41,746 nucleotides of DNA from Diploschistes diacapsis (GCA_023645945.1 JALAIB010000045.1:1-41746), one strand, 5' to 3'; counted from the stretch's first letter, positions 22,766 to 34,535 are shown. Translations and numbers: made by a program. Notes: generated from the letters alone by a model not told the origin.

Positions 22766-23800
22766 CTATAAAGCACCGTCGAAACTGATGATTGTAAAGT
22801 AATTCCCGAACTTCCCTGGAATAACAGTCTTTTTATAAGTGTTGAAAAGATGTTGCATGATCTTTCTTAGCATCTGATCATTAGGTCCAGTGTGGCAAGC
22901 TGATATGTAAAGTTCCATATCTTCAGGGCACAAGATTTGAATTAGAGTCGCCAGAGTTAGTTTCATACCATTAAGCTTTCAACATCTTTCTAAATTGATT
23001 GTGACGGTAGTAGATGGTTATAACCGACTGGTTTGAATCTTGCATGGCTTACCTCCAGTCAGTATCACTGTCAGGCTAATCGACCTATGTATCCAGCTTT
23101 TCGTGCTGTTCCATATAAGCATGTGTTTAAAAATAGAGAGTATCCTTTTCCCGTGGCAAGGACAATCACTTGAGATAATGGCGATTTTTCTGTTTTTGAG
23201 AAGTGTACCAAACTTTGGTCTACGGAATATCAGTCCTCCTTCCAAATCTTCTTACCACACTCCCAGCACTTACGAATCAAGCACTGGGCCTTGCACACGT
23301 CCTATTCCCCCTTCAAACCTTCTCACCGCATGGGCTGCACAAACGATTCGGGCACTAGGCCGTGTGGATGTCCTAATCCTCCCATTGCACCTGCATACTG
23401 CAGTGAACACAGTATCAGGATAGACAGTCATGTTCATGGAGATCCTAAGGAGTTCAAACACTTTCGTACAATGACGGCATGCTTCTCCTTGTCCTTGCCT
23501 TCGCAATTGTTTCAATGCCGTTCAAGTTCTTCCTTTAGTTACTCCTAAAACGGCGAGAACACTTTTTAATTGGGCAGTCATGAACAAAATATAGACGAAC
23601 ATGCCGAGTATCACTCTTGGAGCAGTAGCCGCAATGAGAAAACTTCCATTCCCTAAAGTGGTCCGAGGCACGGTTAAACTTCCTGCGACACCGACCGCAC
23701 TGCCACCAATTGACACATCGGCCAAGGTCAACCGACGTGGCATTAAAGAACTTCTTGCATTTCCCACAACGCCTTTGGTGTTTCTCAACTCTTCCTAAGT
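22766..23800 (-). pseudogene. Degraded tandem zinc-finger (CxxC...HxxxC, TRAF-like) array with a possible C-terminal DEDDh exonuclease domain
   Basis: ATG-less frame from ~23798: CGKCKKFF...C, CGRCRRKF...H, CGYCSK...HDC. Across frameshifts: ELERH*NNC, CRHCTKVF...HEHDC, CVHC...HTA*C, CSPC. The last fragment KLTLATLIQILCPEDMELYISACHTGPNDQMLRKI resembles an ExoIII H-x4-D motif. Confidence 0.5.
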
Positions 23801-24119
23801 AGACAATAGTTTTGACTCTTTTCCCCGGAAGCAGAACTTAGACGTCCCAATACTGCAGATATGGGACCCAAAATAACGCTCTGGTTTAGGTAATAAATAG
23901 TGCTATGATGGGTTGGAACCGAGGTCCATTTTTCATGCCTCCGGATCCTTGACTTGGGACGCTGTAGAACTGTGAAGCTGAGATTCCAAATTCTACCAAA
24001 ACCTATTTAGGACCTTAACTTTCAATAAAGACCTTTTGCTTCCCAATGTGTTAATTATGTGAAGTATAAGAAAGATTATAGTATGCTTGCAAGCTTCTAG
24101 GTTTCTGCAGCCAATTCAA

Positions 24120-25080
24120 GGGACAGTGCTGAAAGTATATAAAACTGCGTCTATAGCGCTAGTAATGATCACTGAACACACTATTAACACATACCAGAGA
24201 GCACATTTTCACAATTTGACGTTCCAGGACAAGCATTCACATTTGAATGGCAGAGCCTTTCGCCTCTCCGGGGCTTAATGATATCACTCAGATACCCGAC
24301 GTCCTGTTTGTGATTTGCAACACTATCGTAGCATTTGATCATTTGCCTTCTAACTTCACGACCGTCATTCACATTATGTTTCCGCGATCCGTCTCTGAGA
24401 ACAACCAGCCGGTATATAGAGGAGTATGTGTGTCGCTTCAACTTATCTGAGCAACGATTCCGCAAATCGATACTTGGCACCTCCCCAGAATATCTTATGA
24501 ACGCATCTGGGCTAGATGATCCCAATGTATCGAAGCTGCGCATCTTGAAGCCTGCTATCGCTGGCACAGTTCGTCGAGAAACAAAATTGACGGTAGACGC
24601 TGAGTTGGCGAAACATGTTCAACCTTGTTAGGAACTGATATAAACCGAGTTTGTGACCCTCGAACCGTTCGAATTGATCGTTTGATGAAAGTCGACCAAT
24701 TCTCCCATGTACAACATCTGATATCAAAAACCTCTGGTATTCTCCGTCCTAGATCAGCTCGCTGGGATGTCTTTCGGTCGATTTGTCCGGTAGGCACTGT
24801 GTTTGGGGCACCAAATCTTCTAGCTATTCAGCTCTTCTCGTGATTAGAGCCCGAGAAAAAGGAATACGTATGCTGGTGTCGTCGGCCGGCCCGCATACGA
24901 TCAAATCCAACAGGTAGATTATCAGAGGACCTGTTGATACGTGCCATTTTGTTCGTACTATACTTGCTCAGAGAAGAGTTGTGCGGTTGCAAGCTGATGG
25001 ATGTATTACTCATGACAGGAATGAGATTGACAAACGGATTAAAACGATGAACGATTTAGGTGCTAATCTTCGGTGCGTTG
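24120..25080 (+). pseudogene. TRP2: Anthranilate synthase component I pseudogene
   Basis: Collinear remnants in several frames: IPDVLFVICNTIVAFDH, ILGTSPEYL, AIAGTVRR, DINRVCDPRTVRIDRLMKVDQFSHVQHLIS, FRSICPVGTVFGAP, LQADGCITHD...KTMNDLGANL. Stops, frameshifts and internal deletions. Confidence 0.85.
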
Positions 25081-25620
25081 GGTTCGCTTAGCGCCGCTTT
25101 GGAGGCAGAATCGTTGGAAACACAGTGTAAGAGATCCTTCAAAAAGATAACTAGAGAAGTTTGGATCGAATTGAACGACCATTGTAGACAAAGAGACATT
25201 GGGGTTTAACCCTAATTTCTTGATGTGGAGTTGAGAAGAAGCACTCGGCGGTTCCGTCGGTCCGCTTAACCCAAAGTTGCGAACCGGAGGACAAGAAAGT
25301 TAAATTGAACATTGTGGCGGTAGTTATTTGCCATACCACTACAGCCTATACAGCAGAAACCGGCCTTCGCAAGATAGATAAACTTGCTACACACGGCTAC
25401 TCGTTGGACCAAGATGGGGCAACCGTTAGCACTGCACGGTGCATTCACCAGAATGCTGGCAATTTGTGACAGAAAAAATGGTAAGAGTTGAGAGATGAAT
25501 ATACGAAGAGGAGGGCAATAGCCTTTCCGAACACCCTTTCTTCCTTCAGCACGCCTCACTACCACCATAAACAGTCATTGTCACCCCGTAAGCCCTTCAA
25601 GCTAAAGGCCTTCGTTCACC

Positions 25621-26368
25621 ATGAAGAGCACCCTCCTCGGCCTCGACCGCATGCGCCCACTACGTCTTCCTCTCTCATCGAGAACAAGGTGATGACGCCC
25701 GCACGGGCCGAGGTGCGCCAGTATCCAACGTACTACACCAACAACTCCGTTACTGACGTGACCTCGCTCGTCATCCGCTGCAATGTCGGCGGCTCTACCG
25801 TCTCGTCCAACTCCACCCCCATGCCAACCGGCCCGAGCCTCTCCTTCACCGCCTCCACAGACATCTACACCCCGGTCTGACCTAGGTATATATGACCAGG
25901 CACCGTCCGGCTCCGAGATTGCTACGTGGAATGGCACCGGAAACATGTATTTCAAGGCCTCCGGCTAGGCCTATTGTGGATCTCTTCTAACAGTCTTACG
26001 TGGCCCACGATGGGTAAGCTTTTGCGCTCCTCTCCTGCCTTCCCCATTTCAATAGAACCTTTACTCACTCATACCTTCCAGAAACAACATCCGTCGCCTT
26101 CACCGTCCCCAAAAACACCCCAACCCGCGACTACCTCATTTGCATGGAGCACATCAGCCTGCACGTCGCCCAGTCCCAGGGCGGTGCACAGTTCTACCTA
26201 TCCTGCGCACAGGTTTACCTCGAGAACGGTGGCTTCGGCACCCCCGCCCCCTTGTCACCTTCCATAGCGCATACAGCCCTACCGATCCCCGCATCCTTAT
26301 CAACATGTACTACCCCGTTCCGACTTGTTACACCTTGTCAGGTCCTGCTGTTTGGACTGAGCGAGTGA
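25621..26368 (+). pseudogene. AA9 (GH61) lytic polysaccharide monooxygenase pseudogene
   Basis: MKSTLLGL / AHYVF (His1) / VTDVTSLVIRCNVGG / IY(H)PG / WNGTGNMYFK / LTWPTM, an intron near 26014-26081, then EHISLHVAQSQGGAQFYLSCAQV / AYSPTDPRILINMYYPVP...GPAVW, split by several frameshifts. Confidence 0.88.
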
Positions 26369-27014
26369 ATGGAGGGGCCGTGGTTGGGCGGTTAGGTAGG
26401 CGGAAGTGCTGGCGGCTAGTTGCTGGGGCATAGTTGGTTAGAGGACAGGGCTGGCTTGATGGGTGGTGACTGCTGAGCGGGCTGTGTGTGGATGTACATA
26501 CTGTAGGAGTATGTTTTGTGCGATGCGTATGGTAGGATTTGGGAAGGAAGCGGAATTTTTGAAAATACATACTGTGACAATGATATCACTAAACTCCGTT
26601 CTTGAACTTACATTGACTTGGTATTCACTCATGGTTTTTCGGGTTCGTCATGTTTTCGAGCATTCTCAATCGTAGTTTAACCCAGATGTTGCTCCACATG
26701 CTGCTTGAAATTGCTCAACATTTTGCCCAAAATTCGAATCTTGCCCTTAACCTACTACTAACATACGCTTCGGCCAAATCGTGAGAGAATCATGACAGGA
26801 CGTGGAGACGGACGCTCTCTTTGCCTGTCAGTCTTGTTGTCCATCCCCATCATTTGCGCTTCCGCAAGAGAGTGTTTCTGCGATTACCCAATCCCTCGAG
26901 TATAGATTGACACTTGTTCGTCGAACCGCTCACATGACTACTACCAACCCCGATTCTTGGCCTTAACATATACTCTTTGCGCCATACCAGACGGTCTCTG
27001 CTTCCAGCTAGGCT

Positions 27015-27678
27015 AGTCAGGCTGGATCTCCCAAAGCATCCATCACGATCGGTCTAACCCTCGGCACCTCCTCTCCAACGCTCCGCCCTTCGTCCCCAGA
27101 GCCATTCTATATCACCGTCAACCGCCCGCCTCCTACACACGCCACATCCCTCGCGCCCGGTCACTCTTCAGACTTACCCGTCGCCTCTTGAAGGCCTCGG
27201 TAATTTTCCCTTACATAACATAACCTGCACCTCCCATCCAGCAAAGCACATCAAGATCTGCCCCGTGTGGGCTCGAGACGCAGTGAACCCTCAGTGGGAC
27301 CCCCAGGACCTCCGCAGCATCTTCTCCTTCGTCGCCATGCCTCAGCGTAGCGAGGGTAGCTACGTCGTCCGTCACGAGGTGCCGAGGGACAAGATCCGTG
27401 CCGCAGACCTGCAGAGGGGTGAGCGCTACAAAGGTCGCCTGCCCGATAAGTACCTGGGGACGCGTTGGTGGGCGTTCAAGGATCTGCACGAGCTAGAAGG
27501 GGTGAGGCTGAGGAGCAAAAAGGGGCAAAGGGAAAAGGACAGGGAGCGGGAGGACCCACAGCGGGCGGAGAAGAGGGAGCGGGAGCTGCGGGAGAAGTCC
27601 GGAGACGCACCGTCATGTCTTGGGGAGAAGCCTGAAATGCTGGCCATGGTGGCGGAGCGTCCCGGATGTGGAGGCTGA
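27015..27678 (+). pseudogene. Hypothetical fungal protein with an apparent +1 frameshift near 27120
   Basis: Open frame from ~27121 (TARLLHTPHPSRPVTLQTYP...GERYKGRLPDKYLGTRWWAF) preceded in another frame by SITIGLTLGTSSPTLRPSSPEPFYITV. No clear start codon. Confidence 0.45.
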
Positions 27679-29925
27679 AATTGCCTGAATAGCACGGGTG
27701 CGGAATCGCTGGACAAAAATAAAGCACAGTAGAGAGAGGCGAGCAAGGCGATGTACAGTGGATATGCAGTCTGCAGGAAGTTCTTCTACTTCACCGTAGC
27801 ATAATATAGCTGGATCACAGGCTGGAGTTCCCGTCAATGTATACCATGGGTTAGTTTTAGAAGTAGCTGGTTTTATATCTTAATTTCGTCTCTACCGCAC
27901 GACACTACAAGGGGTAGCCGCCAAGGCCGTAATAGGAGTCCTCTCGGCCCGACTTCATAGTTGATTCGGTCGCCTGACCCCAGCAACCGGGCCACCAAGG
28001 CCGGAAATCATCGTCCCATGTATTCGTACCCAAAAGCCCAAACCCTATTGATCTAAAGCTGGTGTATATAAGCGAGACCGCAAAAACCAACACCGCCGAT
28101 CTAATCGAGCAGCAACTCGCAGCACCACGTAACAAGAGCGATGGCGCCTAGGCCGAGTTTCTCCGGCGCTTGCTTGCGCTTCCAAAATGGGTGGACAGGT
28201 GTCGACCACCACGATAAACGGGCTGAGACATGCTGGAAAGATATCTTTCCACCCTCACCGTGGTGAAAGGGGTCCGGTCGCTCTTCGAGGCTGCGCCCGG
28301 TAGGGAGACGATTCGCCCGGCACTTCTGAATGTTGTCATGAACGGCATGGTGGGGCCGGGGGGCAGTGGTGCTCTGGAAGGAAGGAAACGGGAATCCAAA
28401 GCGGAAGCAGTATGCCGGCAGGGGTGGTCCGGACTCGGCTGATCTATATGCGACTTTGTATCGCTTCGCCGTGGCTGGTGGTGGATGCATGGGACTTTTG
28501 CACTCTCTTGTTCACGGACGCACCCGCTCCGCCGAGGGCAGAGCACAGAGGACCCTTTGTCTAACAAGTATTACACCTCGATGATCATTGTCATTCAATG
28601 AAGTAGTCTAGTCTTCCTCGGAGAAGCTCTGCTCTTCCCTCGGGGGTGTCTACCTCAAACCCCCCCAATCCCTCTCCTCTCACTTCCTCCCCACATGTCG
28701 CCATCCCTTTTCTGTCTTTCCATAGGCTAGAGACTTCGAAGCCCATGAGCGAAGTACTGAAACAAGCTAGATAAAGATCCAAGCTACCTATCAATACCGC
28801 CATGACTGCAGTCTGCGTCGTAGCTAGCTTCCGTAGCGCACTCGCATGCAGTAGACCAGTAGACCAGTAGTGATTTGCACTTGGTCTCGTAGAACACAAC
28901 GGCCGAGAACGATCTCGTGTCCCGTCTCACCCACATCTCATATCCCACCCATCACACGATCAAGGAATACTGTAGTAGGTAGCGATGGGAAGTGGAACCC
29001 AGTACGTGGAACAGCTACTACTGTCAAGCTACTATCAAGCTATCACATGTGTATCGGACACGGGGTCGATCTGTAATGGGACGGACGGGGGGTTGCAAGC
29101 TATGAGATCCCCCGGGAGGCTCCTGATTACTTGACGATTGGGAAGTGGAGATGGAAGACGGCAGGAAAAGGAGGGCAAGGGATAGGTTACACTGTGGAAG
29201 AAGCAAGGGGGCTTCAATCGAGCTCATTGGTTCTAGGTAAAGGGACGCTACCCACATGTACTTGAGGAGAGTGGCAACGTGGGCATGCGATGCAAAGTCA
29301 AACATAGCAAAGCAAGCAGGAGCGTTGGAACTGCCATCTATCTGCAAAGTAGCGACTGACGACTGACGACTGACGCTTGCGCTGACGTGCAGCCCAAGTA
29401 AGGGATTGGGGTTATAGAGTTATGATCCATACAATCTATGCGAGCTATGCTAAAAATAACGACAACAAATATCAAGCACATAGCTTTGGTAAGGAATCAG
29501 AGAAGAGCGGCTGCTAGGAAGTTGACAGCCATAATGCTCCCACAGCAAGGGGGCCAGAGGCCTTTTAGCTCCCAAAATTCCAAGTCCAGTGTGTACATGG
29601 TTGTAGCGCCCCAATGCGAACAGCTATACTCTCCTCCTCTCGAGAGATTGTCACCAATCTGCGCACGTTACACAAGACCCCCGTCTTCCGTCCGGCAAAA
29701 TCCTCGACTCCTTTTCGAGCCTGGAACACAGGTTGGGCTGGGTCAAATCCCGTGGCACAACATATTTATTGAGTGAAGGTTCAGCAGCCAAAGCTTTTGT
29801 ACGAAACGGCGCCTTGCATGAATGCGCCCTGTAACAAGACCACAAAGAAACTTTACACAGAGATCCCACACCAATCTCCATTTCTGCCCCCGTGCCGTTT
29901 TCCCGGGACAGATGCCTGCTGAAGA

Positions 29926-31609
29926 TCAGTACGAGAACCGAAAGTTCGGATGGTCGTCTCCCAGGTTTTCCAACTCCTCGGGAGGAAGCTGGAACCGATC
30001 GTTACGCTTTCCTGTGTCGCGCTTTCTATTCTCCAACCAGAGCCCACCCAAGAAGGCCGTGCAGCTGAGGCCGCAAAGCCACAGGCAGGCAATACTGACA
30101 CCATACCCAATGGGATAGGCGGGTGCCTGGCTGGACAAGTAGATATTGCTGGCAACAATGCCGCCGAGGTTTCCAAGGCCTATTTGAACGGCAGACGAGA
30201 CGGAGCGCTTGTAGTGTCCGGCCATATTGTTGGCCACCCAGGCAATCGTGACAGGCTGCGTGATGTAGCCTCCACAGGTAACGAGGTAGACAGCAAAGTA
30301 GCGAACGCCAACGTTGAGTGAATGTTGAGCGAGGAGTAGGATGTAACCGACGGTAGCTACCAGCACGCCAAGCATGGTGAAGGAGTAACGGTGTTTCAAG
30401 GAGTCGGTCGCAATAGCTACTATCAGCGCAACGATCGTAGCAGCGATGTAGATGGGAATGGACATGACTTGGGCGTGCTGCGCCATCCAGCCCAGCTCCT
30501 GGAGAATGGTGGGTGTGAAGAAGGAGGTGCTGTAGCCGGTGATCACGACACCAAAGTACATGAGGGTGCTTTGTTCGTTAGTCCAACCCCTGATTCGAGA
30601 GATGGGGCGCTCACCCGATGTAAACCTTCCAGTCTCTCCACGTTCTGCGAGCCGACTTGGCATTCCAATGATCCATTTTCGCTTCCCCAAGGTCCTCGTT
30701 CAACCGTCTGCATAGTAGGTCCTTCTCTTGGGAGGTAAGGAACTTGGCTTCATGCGGCCAATCGGCTATGAAGAACTTGGCGACAATAGCTGCGACCACG
30801 GTGATCAGGCCCTCGATGATGAAGATCCACCGCCAGCCATTGAGGCCTCGGATCCCTGCCATATTTGCACATGCGTAGGCAAAGAGCTGGGGCGGTCAGC
30901 AACTGAAAGGAAAACCGCATAGAGTACCAACCCCTCCCCACGCCCCAGAAACAATACTCGCGCTGAAGAAAAGGGTGAAGCGCCATTGTAACTCGTAGCG
31001 CTTATAGTACATTGAGATCAAAAAAAAGCAGCCTATACAATGTAAGCATATGATCATACTATCGCACCTCCAGCATCTTACCCGGAACGAAACCCGCTTC
31101 GAAGAGGCCGAGGAAGAACCTACAGGCGACGAGGCCGGCATAGCTCTGGGTGACTCCTTGGAAAACGGTGATCAGACCTTTACAAGTCAGCACATGCCCG
31201 CAAGTAGTGAAATAGGCATTCGAAACGTACCCCAGCACAACATGATGAAGCTCAGCCATGTTGAAGGCTTGATTCTCTTCAAAAGCAGGTTGCTCGGTAC
31301 TTCGCACAAGATGTATGGTATAAAGAAGATGAAGAGAGCGACATTATATTGGTTGCCTGTCATGTTGAGGTCTGTGTCGAGCCCTTGAATCTTAGCATTG
31401 CCAATGTTGATGCGATCTATGAATGCAAGCATGTATAGAATCGAGATCGTTGGCAAAACGTGCATGTCGAGCTTCCATAGTAGTTTCTTCTCTTCGCTGC
31501 GATCCAAAGACGTGATGACCTCGGGTATCGGAGTCCTCGAATCGGCACTGAACTTGTGACTTGAGTCATAGTCTTCGCTCCTGGCCTTTTCATCCACTGG
31601 CTCAGGCAT
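29926..31609 (-). CDS. MFS transporter, anion:cation symporter (Dal5/Tna1-like) family, 5 exons
   Basis: EEKKLLWKLDMHVLP, FIDRINIGNAK, EVPSNLLLK, RFFLGLFEAGFVPG, YKRYELQWR, GWRWIFIIEGL, LGDDHPNFRFSY*. Four GT-AG introns restore the frame. Confidence 0.93.
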
Positions 31610-33846
31610 ATTGAGTAATGGGGATCTGGAATGGAACGTGACGAAAGCCGCGAGATCAGATCTCCGGACGGTGGCCGAGCAAGGTATATGCCGCCTTACA
31701 GTAGGGATTATTGGGGGAATGGGAGCTTGCAGAAACAAGAACAAGGCTGACGGTTGGGATTCAAGTCTCGGTAGGTACCTGGGTACCGACACGATGGATA
31801 TATGCAAGGTATGCGACTTCAACGTCGTTTTTCTAATCATGCAGAGCAAGCGGGGCGAGTGAGAAGGACAATGCAAAAAAAGTGTAGGAGCCTGAAGCCT
31901 ATTAACCTTGAGCGAAAGTTGGGAGTGTAACAGACACTGGAATGTTGGCTGTGGAGCATAGAGGGCTCCGGCAAGATTGTATGTCATGAGGAGGACCAAG
32001 TTGCACGGTATTCGACGTTCGTTTCCATCCTTCTAAGATGGATAGAGTGCCGGATACCTGGTCCGGTCGAAGAGGAGTCGTAGTATCCAAGTCCAGGGTT
32101 ACCAATTTTCGAAGGCATAACCATGTGGTAGGCGGGTGGCGGCCTGGCTCGGTCGTACCTACCTCCTAAAAGCATACCACTGATCGGAGAAGTGGAGATG
32201 CCCCATCCCTTATCTCGATGTCAATCGGATTCCCTTTGAAGCGAAGAAAGTTTTAGGTATCACCTTCTAGGGGGGAAGGGGGGTGGGTACGCGTCAACGA
32301 GCGCCAGAGCACCAAGAAGCGTGGAATGCTGCAAATTCAGCGATGCTGCTTAGCTACGTGGAGGTAATTCACGGGAGTAGCTTCTTGAGATCGTCTATCA
32401 CTTGATTGAAGAGATGGGTTATCTGTAATGCGACCCTGTCCGTGTCTATAGCTTGCAGAGGCATAGAGATCGTTCTGCATAAGCTGTGTGAGGATGTATC
32501 TCAGGCATCTACACCAAGATATTTGTTGAACATACTGTATGAGTTGAGGGTGGGTAGGCCGAATGAGTTTGCTGCGCGTTGCGGCATTGTGCCCGGTACT
32601 GGACATCGGCAGAAAACGTGTCGATCAGGAGCAGACCAGCCTTCATATATCCATGGCGTCACGTCCCTTTGATGATTAGCTGGGACTTTTTCCTCCAGCA
32701 AACTCATGTTGCCGGTCTATCTTCGATGCATTTTACAAATCCCATCGCCTTGGCTACCTCAGAGATAGAAGCCACTCTCGTAATAGCTCAGGTATTGCAC
32801 ACACAAAATACTTTGTCGCTGGTAGTCCCAAAGCCTGCCCAACGGGGTCCGACGCAAATATTTGCTAAAAGTTCCGTGTTGCGCTATACGCGTGGGCTCT
32901 GTCCCTTTCGTGTAATAGATGGTGTCACGAAGAGACTTGGTGATAATATATCTAGCACTTCCGACTCCAGCGCTCACTCCATCGCGCGAATTGGTATTCG
33001 ACGTTAATTGTTAAGCCGTTGCGACTAGGGTGGTGGCACTGCGCGAAACGTGGGCTTTGCAGATCTTCCTATGAGACTTGCAAATTGACTGAGCTGAAAG
33101 CAAGGTGCACGATGCTGTTGAAGAATGCTGTGGATTATCACTTCAGTCGATGATAGGTTGAGCTGAAAACACGCAACGCCCACGTTTGCGTCGTGCCGAG
33201 CGTGCTTTGATCTTCGCCTCCTTCCCAAATCTCGACTAGAGGCTTCGAAGCGGCCCTCCTTCCATTCATTTTCCAGACCGTCGGCTATATGCACATGATC
33301 TGCATCCACAATCTCCAGGTCTATCTCGGATCTTGAAAAGATCTAGGGTGGGCTCCAGCAACCCCCGGCCAGTAGCAACTGTGTGGTGTCTTAGGTCCTG
33401 CAGTTCATCTGCAGGACCTAGCATGCTGCATAGTCCAACATGCACACCTCGGATGTTCGATGGCCTATCTGTCGTGGCCCGCGCCACTCGATCAGGACTC
33501 CAAGCTTGAAAGAGGGGAAGAAATGTGCCTGTACTCGGGATTTGGTTAGTGGGCCGAGTGTTTAATATTGCGCACTCTTTCTCGCGACCCACGAGCCCTG
33601 AACAACTAATTCCTCAAATATTCCGGCGCCATGACACAGAGTCCAACTGAATCATAGGTATCATCGAAAAGTATAAATACATGCTTGTTGTGCCTGTGTC
33701 CTAGTAAACTGTTGCTGAAGGTACCACGTTTTCAGCGAGGGTGTGCGTCAAAAATCTAGAAGTTCCGCTAATCTACCAATTAATAGCATCGCACTGAATG
33801 TAGACTACAGATCATGGTCGTTGTAATGGAACTTGTTGGTTTCAAT

Positions 33847-34535
33847 TCATAGTTTGAATGCCGAAACAGAATCAAGAACAAGCTCGAAGTCCCCTTCTTG
33901 TTCTTCGAAGAAGCTGAATGTATATGTTAGTAGCATGCTTACTATGAGCACTCAAAGGAGCATCTTGCCTTCTCATCATGAGACTGAATTTGCGTATCTC
34001 CGAAACCTTGAGCGGATGCGCATCTTCTTTTTCGCGTCCTCTATATGTTGCCTTGAATCGATTCCACGGAATCGTTACATTGTGCTGTAGAAGCTCGGAC
34101 GTATCCTGATCATCTAGCTTGAAGTTATGCTCCCAGCTGATACTCGACTTTTCCCGGCCATCATCTCGCTTGCTACCGGGAATTTCGTCCTTGACGATGA
34201 AAGTATAAGTCTTATTGTCGGCTTTAACGACCTCCAATTGGATCCCTTCGAAGCCACTGAGGTCCCAAACCTTGTCACCCTGAGTACTTTGTGAAGCGAA
34301 ACCAGCTCCGCCTAGGGTTTTGGTGTCCAAGTGACCTGAAAATCGGATATTGGACGCATTCCCAACAAGCTCTAGGTAGGATCTGCTCGAGCCACCACGG
34401 ACGCGGTCATCCACAGCTGTCCATTGCGTTGTTGAGCTGTTCCAAGGTCTAGAGTTCTGTCAGCTCACAATCAAACTTGCATTACGGCGGCCATTCTGAC
34501 TCTGGTCCACCAAAGAGATAGGTCCTCGAGCCCAT
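33847..34535 (-). CDS. CIA30 (complex I intermediate-associated protein 30) domain protein, 3 exons
   Basis: YLFGG...WTAVDDRVRGGSSRS, LDTKTLGGAGFASQ, PWNRFKATYRGR, SLMMR|SFFEEQEGDFEL. The last intron (33968-33914) is GC-AG. Confidence 0.85.

Noticed and set aside
27905..29347. Cluster of 60-140 aa ORFs on both strands
   Set aside because: No recognisable domain or consistent splice model could be built.
31610..31999. 130-codon upstream extension of the MFS ORF
   Set aside because: It starts at a non-ATG codon and reads like 5' UTR. The transporter-like sequence begins at ATG 31609.
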